Positions 26,932-37,998 of a DNA stretch of 64,000 nucleotides are shown in pieces (the first letter of the stretch is position 1; each line of letters starts with the position of its first letter). The DNA is from a virus (Duplodnaviria > Heunggongvirae > Uroviricota > Caudoviricetes), in IMG/VR virus record IMGVR_UViG_3300028914_000001, positions 221,489 to 285,488 of that record; one strand, given 5' to 3'. The notes below the pieces were generated by a model, which did not search any database, was not told where the DNA came from, and saw nothing but the letters and a program-made list of their open reading frames with translations. Both the position numbers and the translations under genes were made by a program.

Positions 26932-29900
26932 ATGTCATTTGAAAGAATTGTAAAAGAAGTTGACGTATTGACCTATAATGCGAGGAGTGTTCTTAACGCC
27001 TTGATTAGGTCGGTACTCCGATATGGGACATCAAACGGATATACCGTCGTAAAAAGCGGGGTCGAACTCAAACTTACCAGGAATGACATCTACCTCCTTT
27101 ACAGACTGTACAATGAATGGGCTGGCCTTGGCTTTGAAAAGGATACATTCGAGGCTGCTTGTGACAATGTTCGTGAAAAGTTCATGCCTGTGGCAAACGT
27201 GAACCCGCTTCTGGTAGCCGATGCGGACGATGACGAACTTCTCCATGCGGTTGTTACTCATTCTAAAATTCTGTATCTGAATTCCAGTAACAAGAAAAAC
27301 GATAACCAATACTGGATTGAACAGATTATAAATGCGGCTGACAAGACGGTCATATTAAATTCATCCCCTATTCCAGTCAACCTGAGAACCCCTGTATTCG
27401 ACGAGAACATGGAAGTGGACAAGTATTCCCAGTATGAGACCTACTTGCTCCCGATGGGCTACTACATGTCTCTTATCCTTGGTTCTGCTGGTGATGAAAC
27501 TGACCATGTAGGTGGCGGAAGAAACTGGTGGTTCGATGTCGATAACGAGTTCAAGGTCAGCTCCCCGGCAGTAGTGCTTGGCGGAGATAATGGAACTGAC
27601 CGATTCACTCACCGTGTCGCAAAAGACGAAAGCGGTAATCTGTCTAGTTACAGCCTTGCATACGGGTATAACACGAAACTCATTGGTGATTACGATACCG
27701 TTGGCGGTGTTTCAACTTTCGTATTCGGCTCCAGTTCACATGGTATATCCAGTGCTTCTATGCTGCAAGCGAATTATGCTGGCATCTATGCAGGATTCAG
27801 CAACCAAGTGCATGCAGATAACGGAATGACCGCAGGCGGTGAGGACCTTACTGTCCTAGGAACTCACGGATTTGCCGCAAACCGTTCCAACACGGTTGGC
27901 TATCCTGGACATCTGTTCAAGGTTCCTGACCTTAAAAAGATTGACGAAAACTGCGAAGTCGTGGTAAATGTATGTGAAGGGGAGACTTCAAAGACTCTTA
28001 CCAAGTATAATCCGACCAACGTTCTTGATATTTATGTTAACCAGAATGAGTTAACACCAGTATCATGGTCGAAATTCAAGGTTGGCGACAAAGTCATTAT
28101 CTATGACCAAACAATCAATGACAAGAACTATATGTATTGGTTCGGTGTTGAATTGCGCCATCAGATAACGACAATTACGGGTATTGACACGGCGAATATT
28201 GCTTTTACTAGGCTTATTCTTAAAGATAATATCAAGTATAGTGAAATCGGTGTCGATGGTGGCCGTGTGGCAAAGTATAGTTCTGCCCAACACGCTAGCT
28301 TTGGTACACACTCCACTGCATTGAACTACTTGACGATAGCGGCTGGGGTCGACCAGACTGTCGTCGGCACAGCAAACTATCCTGTGGTAAACCCGAATTT
28401 CATTGTTGGAACAGGTTACATTCCCGAAGGCGACGAGATACAGAGCCAGTATATAGGTATTGGTGCATTCGGTACTGATGCCGATGGATACATTCATAGC
28501 AAGGTCTATCGTAGAAACGCTTTCATGGTTGCCCGTGACTATATCCATGGAGCGACCAGCGACTATATCATGATTGGCATGGTCAATGACCAGAATCAAA
28601 CGGATATTCGCCACTGGGTAGCTACTACGGATGACCAGGACCATAGGGAATTGTACCTTGAAGTTGCAGACGGGTCCGAGGAAGTCGCATGGAACGACCC
28701 TAACGATGACGACATTGACCCGGATGACTATCAGCAGTATCACACCAGCCATATAGGCCTATCCAATACTAGGATGGTGCTCGGTAGGTTCACTGACCGT
28801 TCAAATGATGGAGACAAGAGCTGTCTCGCTGCAATCAATTTCTATGACAAGCGTTGGTTTGCTGAACATGACGACGTGAACCAACACAACATGCCTAGAA
28901 ATACGGCGCTCGAACTAATTGGCGAAAATGCAATTCGTGAACTGAAGACGAATTTCAATATTACAAACGGATTCGTCAAGCCAGACGGTTATATCTGCCA
29001 GTCCAGATATGCACCAGACAAGAGTTATGCCGTATGGAGGGATAACCCTATTGCCAACATGTTGTATGCGGAAAACGAATACATCGCAATAAGCAGTGCG
29101 AATACGCTGTCCATGTATTCATCAAATCTAGTCCTTCTTGCGTCCAAGAGCAGAATCGCTATAGAAGGGCCTAGGTTTGAAATCAGTCCGGCTACGAGTA
29201 CAATAGGAACCCTTGCATTGACGGGTGATGGTAAAAGCCATTGCCACGACTGGATTTGTGGTTGTGGAAAGGTGAATGACGTTCAGCAGCCGGACTTTGC
29301 CCGTGTTATGTACGCTGGCTTCCTGATTGCTACGTTTGGAGATGTTTTGTATGGATATTCGAAGAATATCTTGCCGACCCGAGACCTCGTATGCTGGGGG
29401 CTCGAAGAATTTGCGTTGGGTTCAGCGTCTGCACATATATTCTCGTCGGTAGGCGGAAACAATGGCGATATTGAGAATTACAAGACGGAGTGTCAGAATG
29501 AATCCGTAAAACTCATCTTGCCTGGTCCGAGTAATACTGAGCATATTCATCCTGTATTGATGCGATACAAGGAAGAGACGACAAACCCGGCGGGTATCGT
29601 AAGCCCAGAAATAATGAAAGTGGACAAGCTTGCCCTCATGGACGATGTCGTTACCAGGCGTACAATTCAAGGGGCATTGCATATCACAGGTGACAACACT
29701 CCATCTGCTTATAGGTGGGTGAAGGTGGCTAATGTGACAGTCCCTGCGCCAGTTGGCGGTGTGCAGAACTTTGCCGCTGGTTCGTTCATTATCATGGCAT
29801 CTGGCAGCAAGGGATGCGCTAAGCGTGAAATCCATTTCAATATTGCCGGAGTTGGCGGAGGTAGCAGTACGGCGACGGTAAGGGGGTACTCGATAGACAG

Positions 29901-30174
29901 CCCGAACAGTGGTCGTGCATATAACCAGAAGGCTTGCGGTGCAGTTAAGGCAGTGCCTGTCAACACGCCATCGGACACTGAGCCAGCACACTACGGTATA
30001 TGGGTCCAGATTTACAACCTCGACTTCTTCAGTATCTACCAGTCAAGCTTCAACGAAGGACAGGGTATTCTCTTATGGGAAAAAGGCGTATTTGCATTGA
30101 ATAACATTACAGATACCAATCTCGTACGGACCGAAGTACAAGACGCAAACGCCACAACCATTGCAGATGCATAA
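26932..30174 (+). CDS. Tail fibre / receptor-binding-like virion protein
   Basis: Gly-rich beta-roll repeats ('SFGTHSTALNYLTIAAGVDQTVVGTANY...FIVGTG'); C-terminal 'WVKVA' fibre-like domain; late promoter. Confidence 0.65.
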   Translation: MSFERIVKEVDVLTYNARSVLNALIRSVLRYGTSNGYTVVKSGVELKLTRNDIYLLYRLYNEWAGLGFEKDTFEAACDNVREKFMPVANVNPLLVADADDDELLHAVVTHSKILYLNSSNKKNDNQYWIEQIINAADKTVILNSSPIPVNLRTPVFDENMEVDKYSQYETYLLPMGYYMSLILGSAGDETDHVGGGRNWWFDVDNEFKVSSPAVVLGGDNGTDRFTHRVAKDESGNLSSYSLAYGYNTKLIGDYDTVGGVSTFVFGSSSHGISSASMLQANYAGIYAGFSNQVHADNGMTAGGEDLTVLGTHGFAANRSNTVGYPGHLFKVPDLKKIDENCEVVVNVCEGETSKTLTKYNPTNVLDIYVNQNELTPVSWSKFKVGDKVIIYDQTINDKNYMYWFGVELRHQITTITGIDTANIAFTRLILKDNIKYSEIGVDGGRVAKYSSAQHASFGTHSTALNYLTIAAGVDQTVVGTANYPVVNPNFIVGTGYIPEGDEIQSQYIGIGAFGTDADGYIHSKVYRRNAFMVARDYIHGATSDYIMIGMVNDQNQTDIRHWVATTDDQDHRELYLEVADGSEEVAWNDPNDDDIDPDDYQQYHTSHIGLSNTRMVLGRFTDRSNDGDKSCLAAINFYDKRWFAEHDDVNQHNMPRNTALELIGENAIRELKTNFNITNGFVKPDGYICQSRYAPDKSYAVWRDNPIANMLYAENEYIAISSANTLSMYSSNLVLLASKSRIAIEGPRFEISPATSTIGTLALTGDGKSHCHDWICGCGKVNDVQQPDFARVMYAGFLIATFGDVLYGYSKNILPTRDLVCWGLEEFALGSASAHIFSSVGGNNGDIENYKTECQNESVKLILPGPSNTEHIHPVLMRYKEETTNPAGIVSPEIMKVDKLALMDDVVTRRTIQGALHITGDNTPSAYRWVKVANVTVPAPVGGVQNFAAGSFIIMASGSKGCAKREIHFNIAGVGGGSSTATVRGYSIDSPNSGRAYNQKACGAVKAVPVNTPSDTEPAHYGIWVQIYNLDFFSIYQSSFNEGQGILLWEKGVFALNNITDTNLVRTEVQDANATTIADA

Positions 30175-30185
30175 CGGAGATTTTT

Positions 30186-31949
30186 ATGGCACAGAGTTTT
30201 TCTAATGCTTTTCCTCTTGAATCTATCGGGCGTGACATTGCCAGAAACAACTATAACTACGAGTCGATTTTCAACGCACTGATGGAGTGGAATAATTCTG
30301 AAAAGGATTATGTCACGGTTCGCCTGATGAAGAATAGCGCACCTTATTTCCATACATGGACTTTCCCTACGAAGAAGGCTCAGTCGAAAACGGCTAGCAT
30401 CTCGTTGGTAACCCCTGTCGCAGCAAATGCCTTTGACCTTGATGGCGAATACGGGATGGTTGCATCAACCGATGCGACTGATGAGGGTAAGGATGATGTC
30501 GTGATTCGAATAAATGTAGTTAATCCAGGTAACACCCGTTGGCGAGCCTTTGCTGATGTTTTAATCCTAGATTCTACGGACGAAGCGGAAACTCTCAAGT
30601 ATGCTGTTTACCGCAAGCCCGAAACGGGTGGAGTATACAGCCTTTACATGGTAGATAGTCCGAAGGAAGGCTCGACCGATGCTGTTGTTAGCCCATTGAT
30701 TGTTGATTTTAGCTCAGTAAATGGGCGTCAGAACATGAAGCACCATTTTGTTGTCAACGAGGGTTCTGTTTATGCAGTTACCACAGACAATCCGCTGTAT
30801 ATTAACGATTTGGGCACATCGAAGGCGATTCGTGTTGGAACTGTGTGGAAAACAGGGACTTCGTACAACAAGGGTGAGCTTGTCGTGAAAAATGATGGCG
30901 ATGGCTACCACATGTTTGTTAACCTGGCTGAAGACGGTGCTAACCTGAGTGACCCTAGCGATTATTTAGGAACTTTGGTTGACGGTAGCTATGTAGATTA
31001 TGCAGGGGAGGACCAGCTATGGAAGGAAATGGTGCTTCTTCCGATAAGCAACATTTTCAACAGTTCGTCCGTAATCAGGATGAAGCCAGACAATGACTTT
31101 ATGGGTATTGTTTTGCAAAACGCAGGCAATTCCTATGCCGAACCTGCCGTCAATATTGGAATAGAGGGTAATAGCAAGTACAAGACGAAGGATAGTACCT
31201 ATGCCCGTCGTGTAGGCGTGTACAATACGGCTAACTACACCATGTTCCCATACACGAACAACGATGTGTGGGTTGAAGGAAGGGATTGTGTCTACGACCC
31301 TAATATTCCTATCACACAGCGTCAAGGATACAGTGCAAGCATGATTTTTGACCATTCCAGGGATGATGTAACTACTCTGAATTACATCAATTACGATGGC
31401 CCGGACCTTGACCAAGGCCTGTGCATCTATCTTCCTGTTCATGGCCAGTCCGATGATAGTAATGCGGAGAACACGCCGGAAGATGGATACACATTTGACT
31501 TCTTCTTTAGGATATGGCCGACTCCTGCATACAATGGTCATTCGACAAACGACCTTATCATAAACAAGGCTCAGATATACGTTTACTCCGTTGATGATGC
31601 TGACGAGGCTAAGAGCGGTTCATGTACGCTCAACCCTCTGGCAAAGTTTAGCATGGCCCGTCTCACGAACTTCTATGTCTATGACGAGAATATCGGCGTG
31701 CCTAACCGTCCCGTGATGTATCGTGCATCATTCGTCTATTCTGCCGAAGATAAAAAGTGGAAAGTGGCGGACTATTACCAGTTGCCGGACCATGTGTTTA
31801 TCGGTCCTGTCGGCTTCGTTGACCCTACAAATAAGGGCATTACGGACGATTCCAGACCCGGAAATGACTACCAGGGTTATGAAACAGCAGGATTCCCGAT
31901 GTTTGCTGACCCGTTTGAAAAAACTTCGTTAGAACCTGTGCAAGAATAG
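30186..31949 (+). CDS. Putative virion structural protein with a CBM5/12-like motif
   Basis: 'WKTGTSYNKGELV' motif; acidic and beta-rich; co-transcribed with the fibre gene. Confidence 0.6.
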   Translation: MAQSFSNAFPLESIGRDIARNNYNYESIFNALMEWNNSEKDYVTVRLMKNSAPYFHTWTFPTKKAQSKTASISLVTPVAANAFDLDGEYGMVASTDATDEGKDDVVIRINVVNPGNTRWRAFADVLILDSTDEAETLKYAVYRKPETGGVYSLYMVDSPKEGSTDAVVSPLIVDFSSVNGRQNMKHHFVVNEGSVYAVTTDNPLYINDLGTSKAIRVGTVWKTGTSYNKGELVVKNDGDGYHMFVNLAEDGANLSDPSDYLGTLVDGSYVDYAGEDQLWKEMVLLPISNIFNSSSVIRMKPDNDFMGIVLQNAGNSYAEPAVNIGIEGNSKYKTKDSTYARRVGVYNTANYTMFPYTNNDVWVEGRDCVYDPNIPITQRQGYSASMIFDHSRDDVTTLNYINYDGPDLDQGLCIYLPVHGQSDDSNAENTPEDGYTFDFFFRIWPTPAYNGHSTNDLIINKAQIYVYSVDDADEAKSGSCTLNPLAKFSMARLTNFYVYDENIGVPNRPVMYRASFVYSAEDKKWKVADYYQLPDHVFIGPVGFVDPTNKGITDDSRPGNDYQGYETAGFPMFADPFEKTSLEPVQE

Positions 31950-32032
31950 CGTTTGAAAAATATAATTTAGTGGTAGAAGCGCTGACTGCTTCATGTTACA
32001 TTATTTTTGCCTTTTGAGGCGGATGGAGAAAG

Positions 32033-32554
32033 ATGTATACACGTTCAGAAATAAATAAGTTTTTACGATGCTATAAATGCACGGGCAGCCAGAAGAAGAC
32101 TGCACAGGATTTTGCCGACTTTGCCTATGTTGGACAGAAGGACAAGGCTGGCGGAACGTTGATGTCTCATGCGGAAAGAGTCGTTGAGTACCTTGAAAAG
32201 AACGGTTATAGTGATAATGTCGTTATCGTAGGCTATCTACACGACATCTTGGATAACGGTGGCTTTTGCCAGAGTGACCTAAGCATGTTCTTCCCGGAAG
32301 AGGTATGCGAAGCTGTATCCCATCTTTCGCACAACAAGACATCTTGCCGTGAGGAGTATCTTACCAAAATCATGGAAAACAAGATTGCCACAATCGTTAA
32401 GATTGGCGACTTGACTGACAACATGGTTATCACCAAGAAGGAATACCCGACAGACCGTGAATACTGGAAGACTTGCAAGTACAATCGTGAGATTGAGCGT
32501 CTTACCGACAAGCTTCACGAGTTTGGTGACGAGCCCGAGCAGGCGGAAGACTAG
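32033..32554 (+). CDS. HD-domain protein (RelA/SpoT-hydrolase-like)
   Basis: 'GQKDKAG....SH..RV', 'YLHDILD', 'VKIGDLTDN'. Confidence 0.8.
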   Translation: MYTRSEINKFLRCYKCTGSQKKTAQDFADFAYVGQKDKAGGTLMSHAERVVEYLEKNGYSDNVVIVGYLHDILDNGGFCQSDLSMFFPEEVCEAVSHLSHNKTSCREEYLTKIMENKIATIVKIGDLTDNMVITKKEYPTDREYWKTCKYNREIERLTDKLHEFGDEPEQAED

Positions 32555-32566
32555 AACGCTCTAATT

Positions 32567-33163
32567 TTAAAACATATGGTCTAGGTCAAAATCCTCTTCA
32601 CCCTCTGGCACGGGTTCCTCTGCAGGAGGTTCTTCGCTCGGTGGAGTAGGGTTTTCCGCAGGCTGTTCTGTCTGCTGGTCAGTAGTTTGGTCAGTCGGTG
32701 TGTCCGTTTGAGGTTCATCAGCAAACAGGTTATCCAGGTTAAAGTCTTCTTGCTCTTCCACCATAGGTTCAGCAGGAGTTTCTTCGGTTGGTTGTGGCGG
32801 CACTGAATTGTCTGCCGGGGGAGGGACCTGACCGAACAGGTCGGCTTGTTGAGCCGGGTCTGGTTCGACGGTTTCGACATTGTCGTCCTTATGGTCGAAT
32901 ATCTCGTCGCCTTCCTTCTTGTTGTTGTTTACACCAACCATGGAATGTACCTTGTCCATGAGGTCGTTCACACCCTTTGTGTTGGTCTGCGTGATTTCAG
33001 TCTTTTCGACCGGGGTTTCAGCGGCTTCGTTGTCCGTCTGGCCCATTTGCGGAGCCAAGTTTGATTCCATTAGACATTTGCGGTATATCTTTGATACGGA
33101 CTCGTACAATGCGGGTTCATGGGTTCTTAGATATCGAAGTTGTTGACTGAATGTTGCTGGCAT
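32567..33163 (-). CDS. Acidic, Pro-rich late protein with leader-like N-terminus (...RKCLME|S)
   Basis: Second gene of a late operon; low-complexity body with two EDF.LD..F motifs. Confidence 0.75.
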   Translation of the reverse strand: MPATFSQQLRYLRTHEPALYESVSKIYRKCLMESNLAPQMGQTDNEAAETPVEKTEITQTNTKGVNDLMDKVHSMVGVNNNKKEGDEIFDHKDDNVETVEPDPAQQADLFGQVPPPADNSVPPQPTEETPAEPMVEEQEDFNLDNLFADEPQTDTPTDQTTDQQTEQPAENPTPPSEEPPAEEPVPEGEEDFDLDHMF

Positions 33164-33167
33164 GATA

Positions 33168-33608
33168 TTATCCTACGATGTTGTCCATCTTGCCGTTAAG
33201 TGCGGCATTGACGGTATTCTGAACTTCGTCCAGTTCGCTGTCCAGCTTTTTCTGAGCATCGGCAGCGGCCTTCTGGTTTGCTTCCTTCTGTTTTTCAATT
33301 TCTTGGAAACGTGCGGCGAGAGACATCATTTTCTGTGAGTCGAGGTTATTCAGGTCACCTTGAACAGTCCTTGGTTCGACTTTATTCTGCTGCTGTTGCG
33401 GCTGTTGCTGTTGCTGATTAGCATTTGCAATTACCTGATTCTGCTGTTGTGTATTAGCCGTCGAAATAGTCTGCGGCTGCTGGATGGTAACGGCAGATTC
33501 GAACTGGGATTTGCCTTCGTTCCTTAACCATACGTCGTGCAGGGCGTTGATTGCAGTCTTGAACTTTTCGTCGTCGACGTATTCGTTGATGAACTTGATG
33601 AATGTCAT
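33168..33608 (-). CDS. Gln-rich coiled-coil late protein with leader-like N-terminus (MTFIKFINE...QFE|S)
   Basis: TATAAACTA at 33640-33648; the start resembles a T4 capsid-targeting sequence. Confidence 0.75.
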   Translation of the reverse strand: MTFIKFINEYVDDEKFKTAINALHDVWLRNEGKSQFESAVTIQQPQTISTANTQQQNQVIANANQQQQQPQQQQNKVEPRTVQGDLNNLDSQKMMSLAARFQEIEKQKEANQKAAADAQKKLDSELDEVQNTVNAALNGKMDNIVG

Positions 33609-33639
33609 TGTACTTTCCTCATGTAATTGCCTCTGTGTA

Positions 33640-33683
33640 TAGTTTATACCCTTGATGCTGATTGTGTACCAGATTATAAACTA
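33640..33683. promoter_or_regulatory. Divergent pair of late promoter motifs
   Basis: TAGTTTATA (33640-33648) and TATAAACTA (33675-33683). Confidence 0.85.
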
Positions 33684-33705
33684 TAATTGAAAAATTGGAG
33701 ACCAG

Positions 33706-36700
33706 ATGGAAAGCAGAAATTTAAAAATAAAGGATTATGTAACTCATGAACGTGTTCCTGTGAGGGGTGATTCTCATGGAAATTTCACGCTGAGTCCTTT
33801 AGGCTTTCCGTTCGTGAACCGAAGTGGATACCAGCGTGGCACAACGCCGCCAACGACGTTCAGTGCGTCCATGGTGTATAAGCCGGAAACGTTTGAAACT
33901 ACGATTACCCCTATTCTTGAATACAAGGATGAGTTCAAGTTTCCTCGTACTGACAGCGACCATGATACATTCCAAGTTAATGCTATCTTGAAAGTCCGTG
34001 ACCTTGGATATTCTATATCCAGTGACTCAGCGAATTTCTATCAGCAGGCAGTGGTGTCAGTCAAGGTAGATGATGCCACTTACGAACAGGTAAATGGTAT
34101 TTATCACGTTGATGATACCAACCATATACCCGTAGCGCAATCGGTTGATATTCCAGATGATTTCCCTGAAGACGGTATCTCTTGTAAGGTGACGTTCAGC
34201 CCTGAGGAGACAAAGGATATTGTCAGTCCGATGTTCATACAGTTTACGGGTAGCGGCGATAACAACGGTGTTTACAAGCTGGTCGTTCAGGAGAAACCGG
34301 GCAGCGACATTACTCGTTACACATGGATGTACAAGACTTCCAATGAAGAAATTGCATGCGGTGGCGAAGATAATGTCACGTTCGACGGAAGCGAGAATGA
34401 TAACGTCCATGACCATTATCGAAATAGGGTAAGTGACCAGGAAGTTGCTGATTACCTTAACCACATGCTCGGTGTCGCAATCGAATGTGGAAAGTTCCAC
34501 GGGGCGGAATATCCAGTAGATTCACATGGTCTTCTAGTGAAATGGTTCCTTAGCCGTGGAGCAATCGTTCACTCGGTCGCCGGAAAGACTGTTGTCCTTG
34601 ACGGGTTCGGCCATGTCTTGGCCAAGAGTGATTTGAGCGATTGTTCGGGTACACCAGAAGACAGCGATAGGGGGCCATACGGCATAGGGATTATGCACGA
34701 GTGGCGAATGTCAACTGCCGGAGGCTATTACCCATCATATGAGTTGGACTCCGATTATAACAACATATCGCTTGAAGTCGAGAAGTCTGGTGAACGGCAC
34801 ACGTTTATCATCAACCAAGACCTGAGTGATATGGTGGATGCTCCTCCGAGAAAGACGTTTATACATCTTCCCGCAGGCTTGGACTTGGCTGACGGAACAG
34901 AAGTCGAAATGAATATCGCTCTGCCTGTTGTTAGCCAGCCAGACAAAGTTGACTCGACAGAGGAACAACTAGAAGCGGCCATTAAGAGCTATACGGACTA
35001 TGTGTCCCAGCCTCGTGTTTACATTGTGTCAGGTAAGCAGGTTCCGCTTCCGAATAACTCCGTTCAGGATTCAGGCATATCTACGACATCGAGTTCTTTC
35101 ACGTTCAGGCCGAAGAATTCAATCGACGTTGAGAATGGGGCCCATATTGCATTCGGGTTGCTTAATAGATATGAATGCTCAAAGACTTTCCACTTCGTTG
35201 GTGTTGTCCGTAAGAATGGTAATACAACTACCATAGAGGTGAACGGCCAGTTCCCATACAACCGTTCAAGCAGAAGATGGAAAATGTATTCCAAGGATGC
35301 TACCTGCATTGTTGACGTAAGGACTGTCGATGACGATGGTGGTTTGACGGAATATACGACTGATAGCGGAGCGTTCAATAAAGACGAGACGCTTAAACCG
35401 AAATTCCCGACTGACCCCAAACTGATTGATGAAGATTCTATCATTGCCACTGTGTATCCGACATCGACGAATACTTTCCCGTGGAGACTTAACGGAAGAA
35501 GCCGTGTCCGCCATCTAGGGCTGACCGCTAGTTCAAGTGTAGATTATAACGAGAATGCTAAACCGTTGACTAGGTTCGTGTTCGAGATGAACAAAAAAAT
35601 ATATGGTCACCTCAGCGACATGTTCCATGGTTACAAACCAATGTCGTATCTTCGTTATGACGAGGAAAACACTGACGAAACCGTTGGACACTCTATTCTA
35701 GCATCGCTCCTTAGGGTAGCGTTGCCGACAAGCCTTGATGCTGACATTGACGAGACGAAGAAGGATGATATGTATGTGGTGGCTAATGCCACAAAGGCAT
35801 TCCGGGAACTTATTGGAGATTTTAAGGTAGCCAGAGTCGGGTATGAATCATCTCGTGGATGGAGCAATAAGCAAGAAACCAGCTGGGGATATACAGCGGA
35901 TAGACAGGGAGATATATGCCCGCTGCCTGATGTCAGTGAGCCGCTTGAAGATGGAACCGAGCAACGACTAAACGATTGGGAAACTAAGATTATCCATCTT
36001 CCGAACTACTGTCTCGGCGTTGATGAAAAACTGAAAAGGAATCTAGCCTATGCGGGTTGGAACGAGTACACCCGCACAGATAATTTTAGAATTTTCTATG
36101 CTGATGAGGTAGATAAGTTTGTCGACTGGGACGGATATGAAGGCGTAGGTAATACGCATTACAAAGAATTTAAAGACGATTCTGGAACGACACAGAGGAC
36201 TGTTGACAATTACACAGATGATGCGGAAGGTGACATCCCGTTTAACTATACTGCAGAAAACAGTGTATTCAAGCTCTTTGTTGTGAGTAAGAATAAGCAG
36301 ACTGTTAATCAGTACGGAGCATACGTTCATGGATTCCTTGACCTTCCGATAATCAAGAGGGGTCTTAGAGCAATATCGTGGCTTTTCGTTGATGAGAGTC
36401 ATCCTGGACAAGAAAGCGAATTTCTGAATCGTGAAATGGAGCCGTTCTATCCGAGTTCACATGTTATATCTACGGACGGAGTTGCGTTTCCTGATGTTAG
36501 CAGAAATCTACTGCGTGACTTTATACAGCACGCTGATGTTGAAGACCGGGATGTAAAACGAGCTCTTCTCGCTTTCCCGGATAAGGTAGTTACGTTTAAG
36601 GACGAGAGCATATCTGATTTGTCAGCTGAATTGATTTCGGCCAATATTCCGAACGATGACGAGAACCCGGCAGTTGACTACATGAAGTCTTTGCTTACAA

Positions 36701-37920
36701 TGTATTCCAACGGAATGCCGTTGCATATGTATGACGCACATCGTGCCATCAATGTGGAGTCGTCTAGTGATGATTATGAAGAGTTGCTTCATACGCACGA
36801 AGTTACGCTATATAACAGAAATGCAGATTCCGATATGCAAAAGCAGCATAGGTACTGTGACCTTGCAACTAATACCACAGATGGACAAGGCAGTGAAGAT
36901 GTCAACATGACTTACAACTTCATTTCAGAAAATGCTCTTGAAACATCTAGTGCGGTATCTCTTACATCGGCCTTGGAAAGTGTTTCCGCTTCGTTTATCG
37001 AAAATGTGTTTGGAGCCAAAACGGATGAGGACGAGACCACGCATAACGGAATGTATACTAGAATTCACATTTCGGCAGTATTCTCGTCTAGTCTCGGCAG
37101 ATGGATAGTGAAGGATTACAGACAGTATCCTACCTGCTATTTGACTCCGCTATATGGTGCGAACACCATAGACTACACGGAGAAGTCATACGCCTACGGC
37201 AATCCTAAGAGCTATGCAAACCGTGTCTCGATGAATGCGGGAATGGCCAACAAGGTATTCAACGTAAGCAAGTACATTGATGCATGTGAAAAACAGCCTT
37301 TATGGCAACTTCCTTGTGGCGTAGGAAGTGACTATAGAGATGGCCTGTATACCCGTTATTCCGAGCAGGCTCCTCTTGAAATGAACCCAGGTTGTATCCC
37401 GTTCCTGATGGAATCGTTCCCGTATGACAATGACGGAAAGTTGGATAGTTCTGTCAAGTTCAGGAACCTGTACGAAAGCATATCTACTCCAATGGATGCC
37501 AACGGGGAATCAAAGGAAGGGGCGGTCCCGGAGGTCAACTTCTGGAACATCAAACTGCATGTAAGGCCAGCCCGCAGTGCATACCCAGGCGCCGACGTTC
37601 CTAGCAATACGGCAAGAACTGGCGGAACCATAGCTGAACCTACACTAGGTATGTTCCACGACCTTGATGAGGGTATCGAAGGCGAATTCATCATTACTGA
37701 CGATGAAACGAACCAGACAGAATACCTGATTGACGACCTCACTCATATTGGTCCTGATATTGAGGTAGAACCGGGTGACGAGCGTGTTCCGTATGTCATA
37801 TTGACCGATTCCGATGAATACGGTTCGCTGGTATACGATGAGCCTGACCCGGAAGGATGCTCTACTAAGTATGTGGCGATAGCGACAGACAATCCGTTAA
37901 GTCCAAAATACGCAGATTAA
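33706..37920 (+). CDS. Large acidic putative virion protein (1404 aa)
   Basis: Late promoter; shares motifs with ORF 30186-31949. Confidence 0.65.
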   Translation: MESRNLKIKDYVTHERVPVRGDSHGNFTLSPLGFPFVNRSGYQRGTTPPTTFSASMVYKPETFETTITPILEYKDEFKFPRTDSDHDTFQVNAILKVRDLGYSISSDSANFYQQAVVSVKVDDATYEQVNGIYHVDDTNHIPVAQSVDIPDDFPEDGISCKVTFSPEETKDIVSPMFIQFTGSGDNNGVYKLVVQEKPGSDITRYTWMYKTSNEEIACGGEDNVTFDGSENDNVHDHYRNRVSDQEVADYLNHMLGVAIECGKFHGAEYPVDSHGLLVKWFLSRGAIVHSVAGKTVVLDGFGHVLAKSDLSDCSGTPEDSDRGPYGIGIMHEWRMSTAGGYYPSYELDSDYNNISLEVEKSGERHTFIINQDLSDMVDAPPRKTFIHLPAGLDLADGTEVEMNIALPVVSQPDKVDSTEEQLEAAIKSYTDYVSQPRVYIVSGKQVPLPNNSVQDSGISTTSSSFTFRPKNSIDVENGAHIAFGLLNRYECSKTFHFVGVVRKNGNTTTIEVNGQFPYNRSSRRWKMYSKDATCIVDVRTVDDDGGLTEYTTDSGAFNKDETLKPKFPTDPKLIDEDSIIATVYPTSTNTFPWRLNGRSRVRHLGLTASSSVDYNENAKPLTRFVFEMNKKIYGHLSDMFHGYKPMSYLRYDEENTDETVGHSILASLLRVALPTSLDADIDETKKDDMYVVANATKAFRELIGDFKVARVGYESSRGWSNKQETSWGYTADRQGDICPLPDVSEPLEDGTEQRLNDWETKIIHLPNYCLGVDEKLKRNLAYAGWNEYTRTDNFRIFYADEVDKFVDWDGYEGVGNTHYKEFKDDSGTTQRTVDNYTDDAEGDIPFNYTAENSVFKLFVVSKNKQTVNQYGAYVHGFLDLPIIKRGLRAISWLFVDESHPGQESEFLNREMEPFYPSSHVISTDGVAFPDVSRNLLRDFIQHADVEDRDVKRALLAFPDKVVTFKDESISDLSAELISANIPNDDENPAVDYMKSLLTMYSNGMPLHMYDAHRAINVESSSDDYEELLHTHEVTLYNRNADSDMQKQHRYCDLATNTTDGQGSEDVNMTYNFISENALETSSAVSLTSALESVSASFIENVFGAKTDEDETTHNGMYTRIHISAVFSSSLGRWIVKDYRQYPTCYLTPLYGANTIDYTEKSYAYGNPKSYANRVSMNAGMANKVFNVSKYIDACEKQPLWQLPCGVGSDYRDGLYTRYSEQAPLEMNPGCIPFLMESFPYDNDGKLDSSVKFRNLYESISTPMDANGESKEGAVPEVNFWNIKLHVRPARSAYPGADVPSNTARTGGTIAEPTLGMFHDLDEGIEGEFIITDDETNQTEYLIDDLTHIGPDIEVEPGDERVPYVILTDSDEYGSLVYDEPDPEGCSTKYVAIATDNPLSPKYAD

Positions 37921-37998
37921 AAATTTTTTACTAGAATAGCTTGTAAAAAACATATATTTCAACTTAGAAGTTAAACCCTCTAAGTTGGGATTTTAAAT

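Noticed and set aside
37927-37987. Sigma70 promoter or terminator upstream of the phosphoesterase
   Set aside because: TATATT is present but there is no -35 at the proper spacing. The CAACTTAGA/TCTAAGTTG hairpin is AT-rich and of unclear role.
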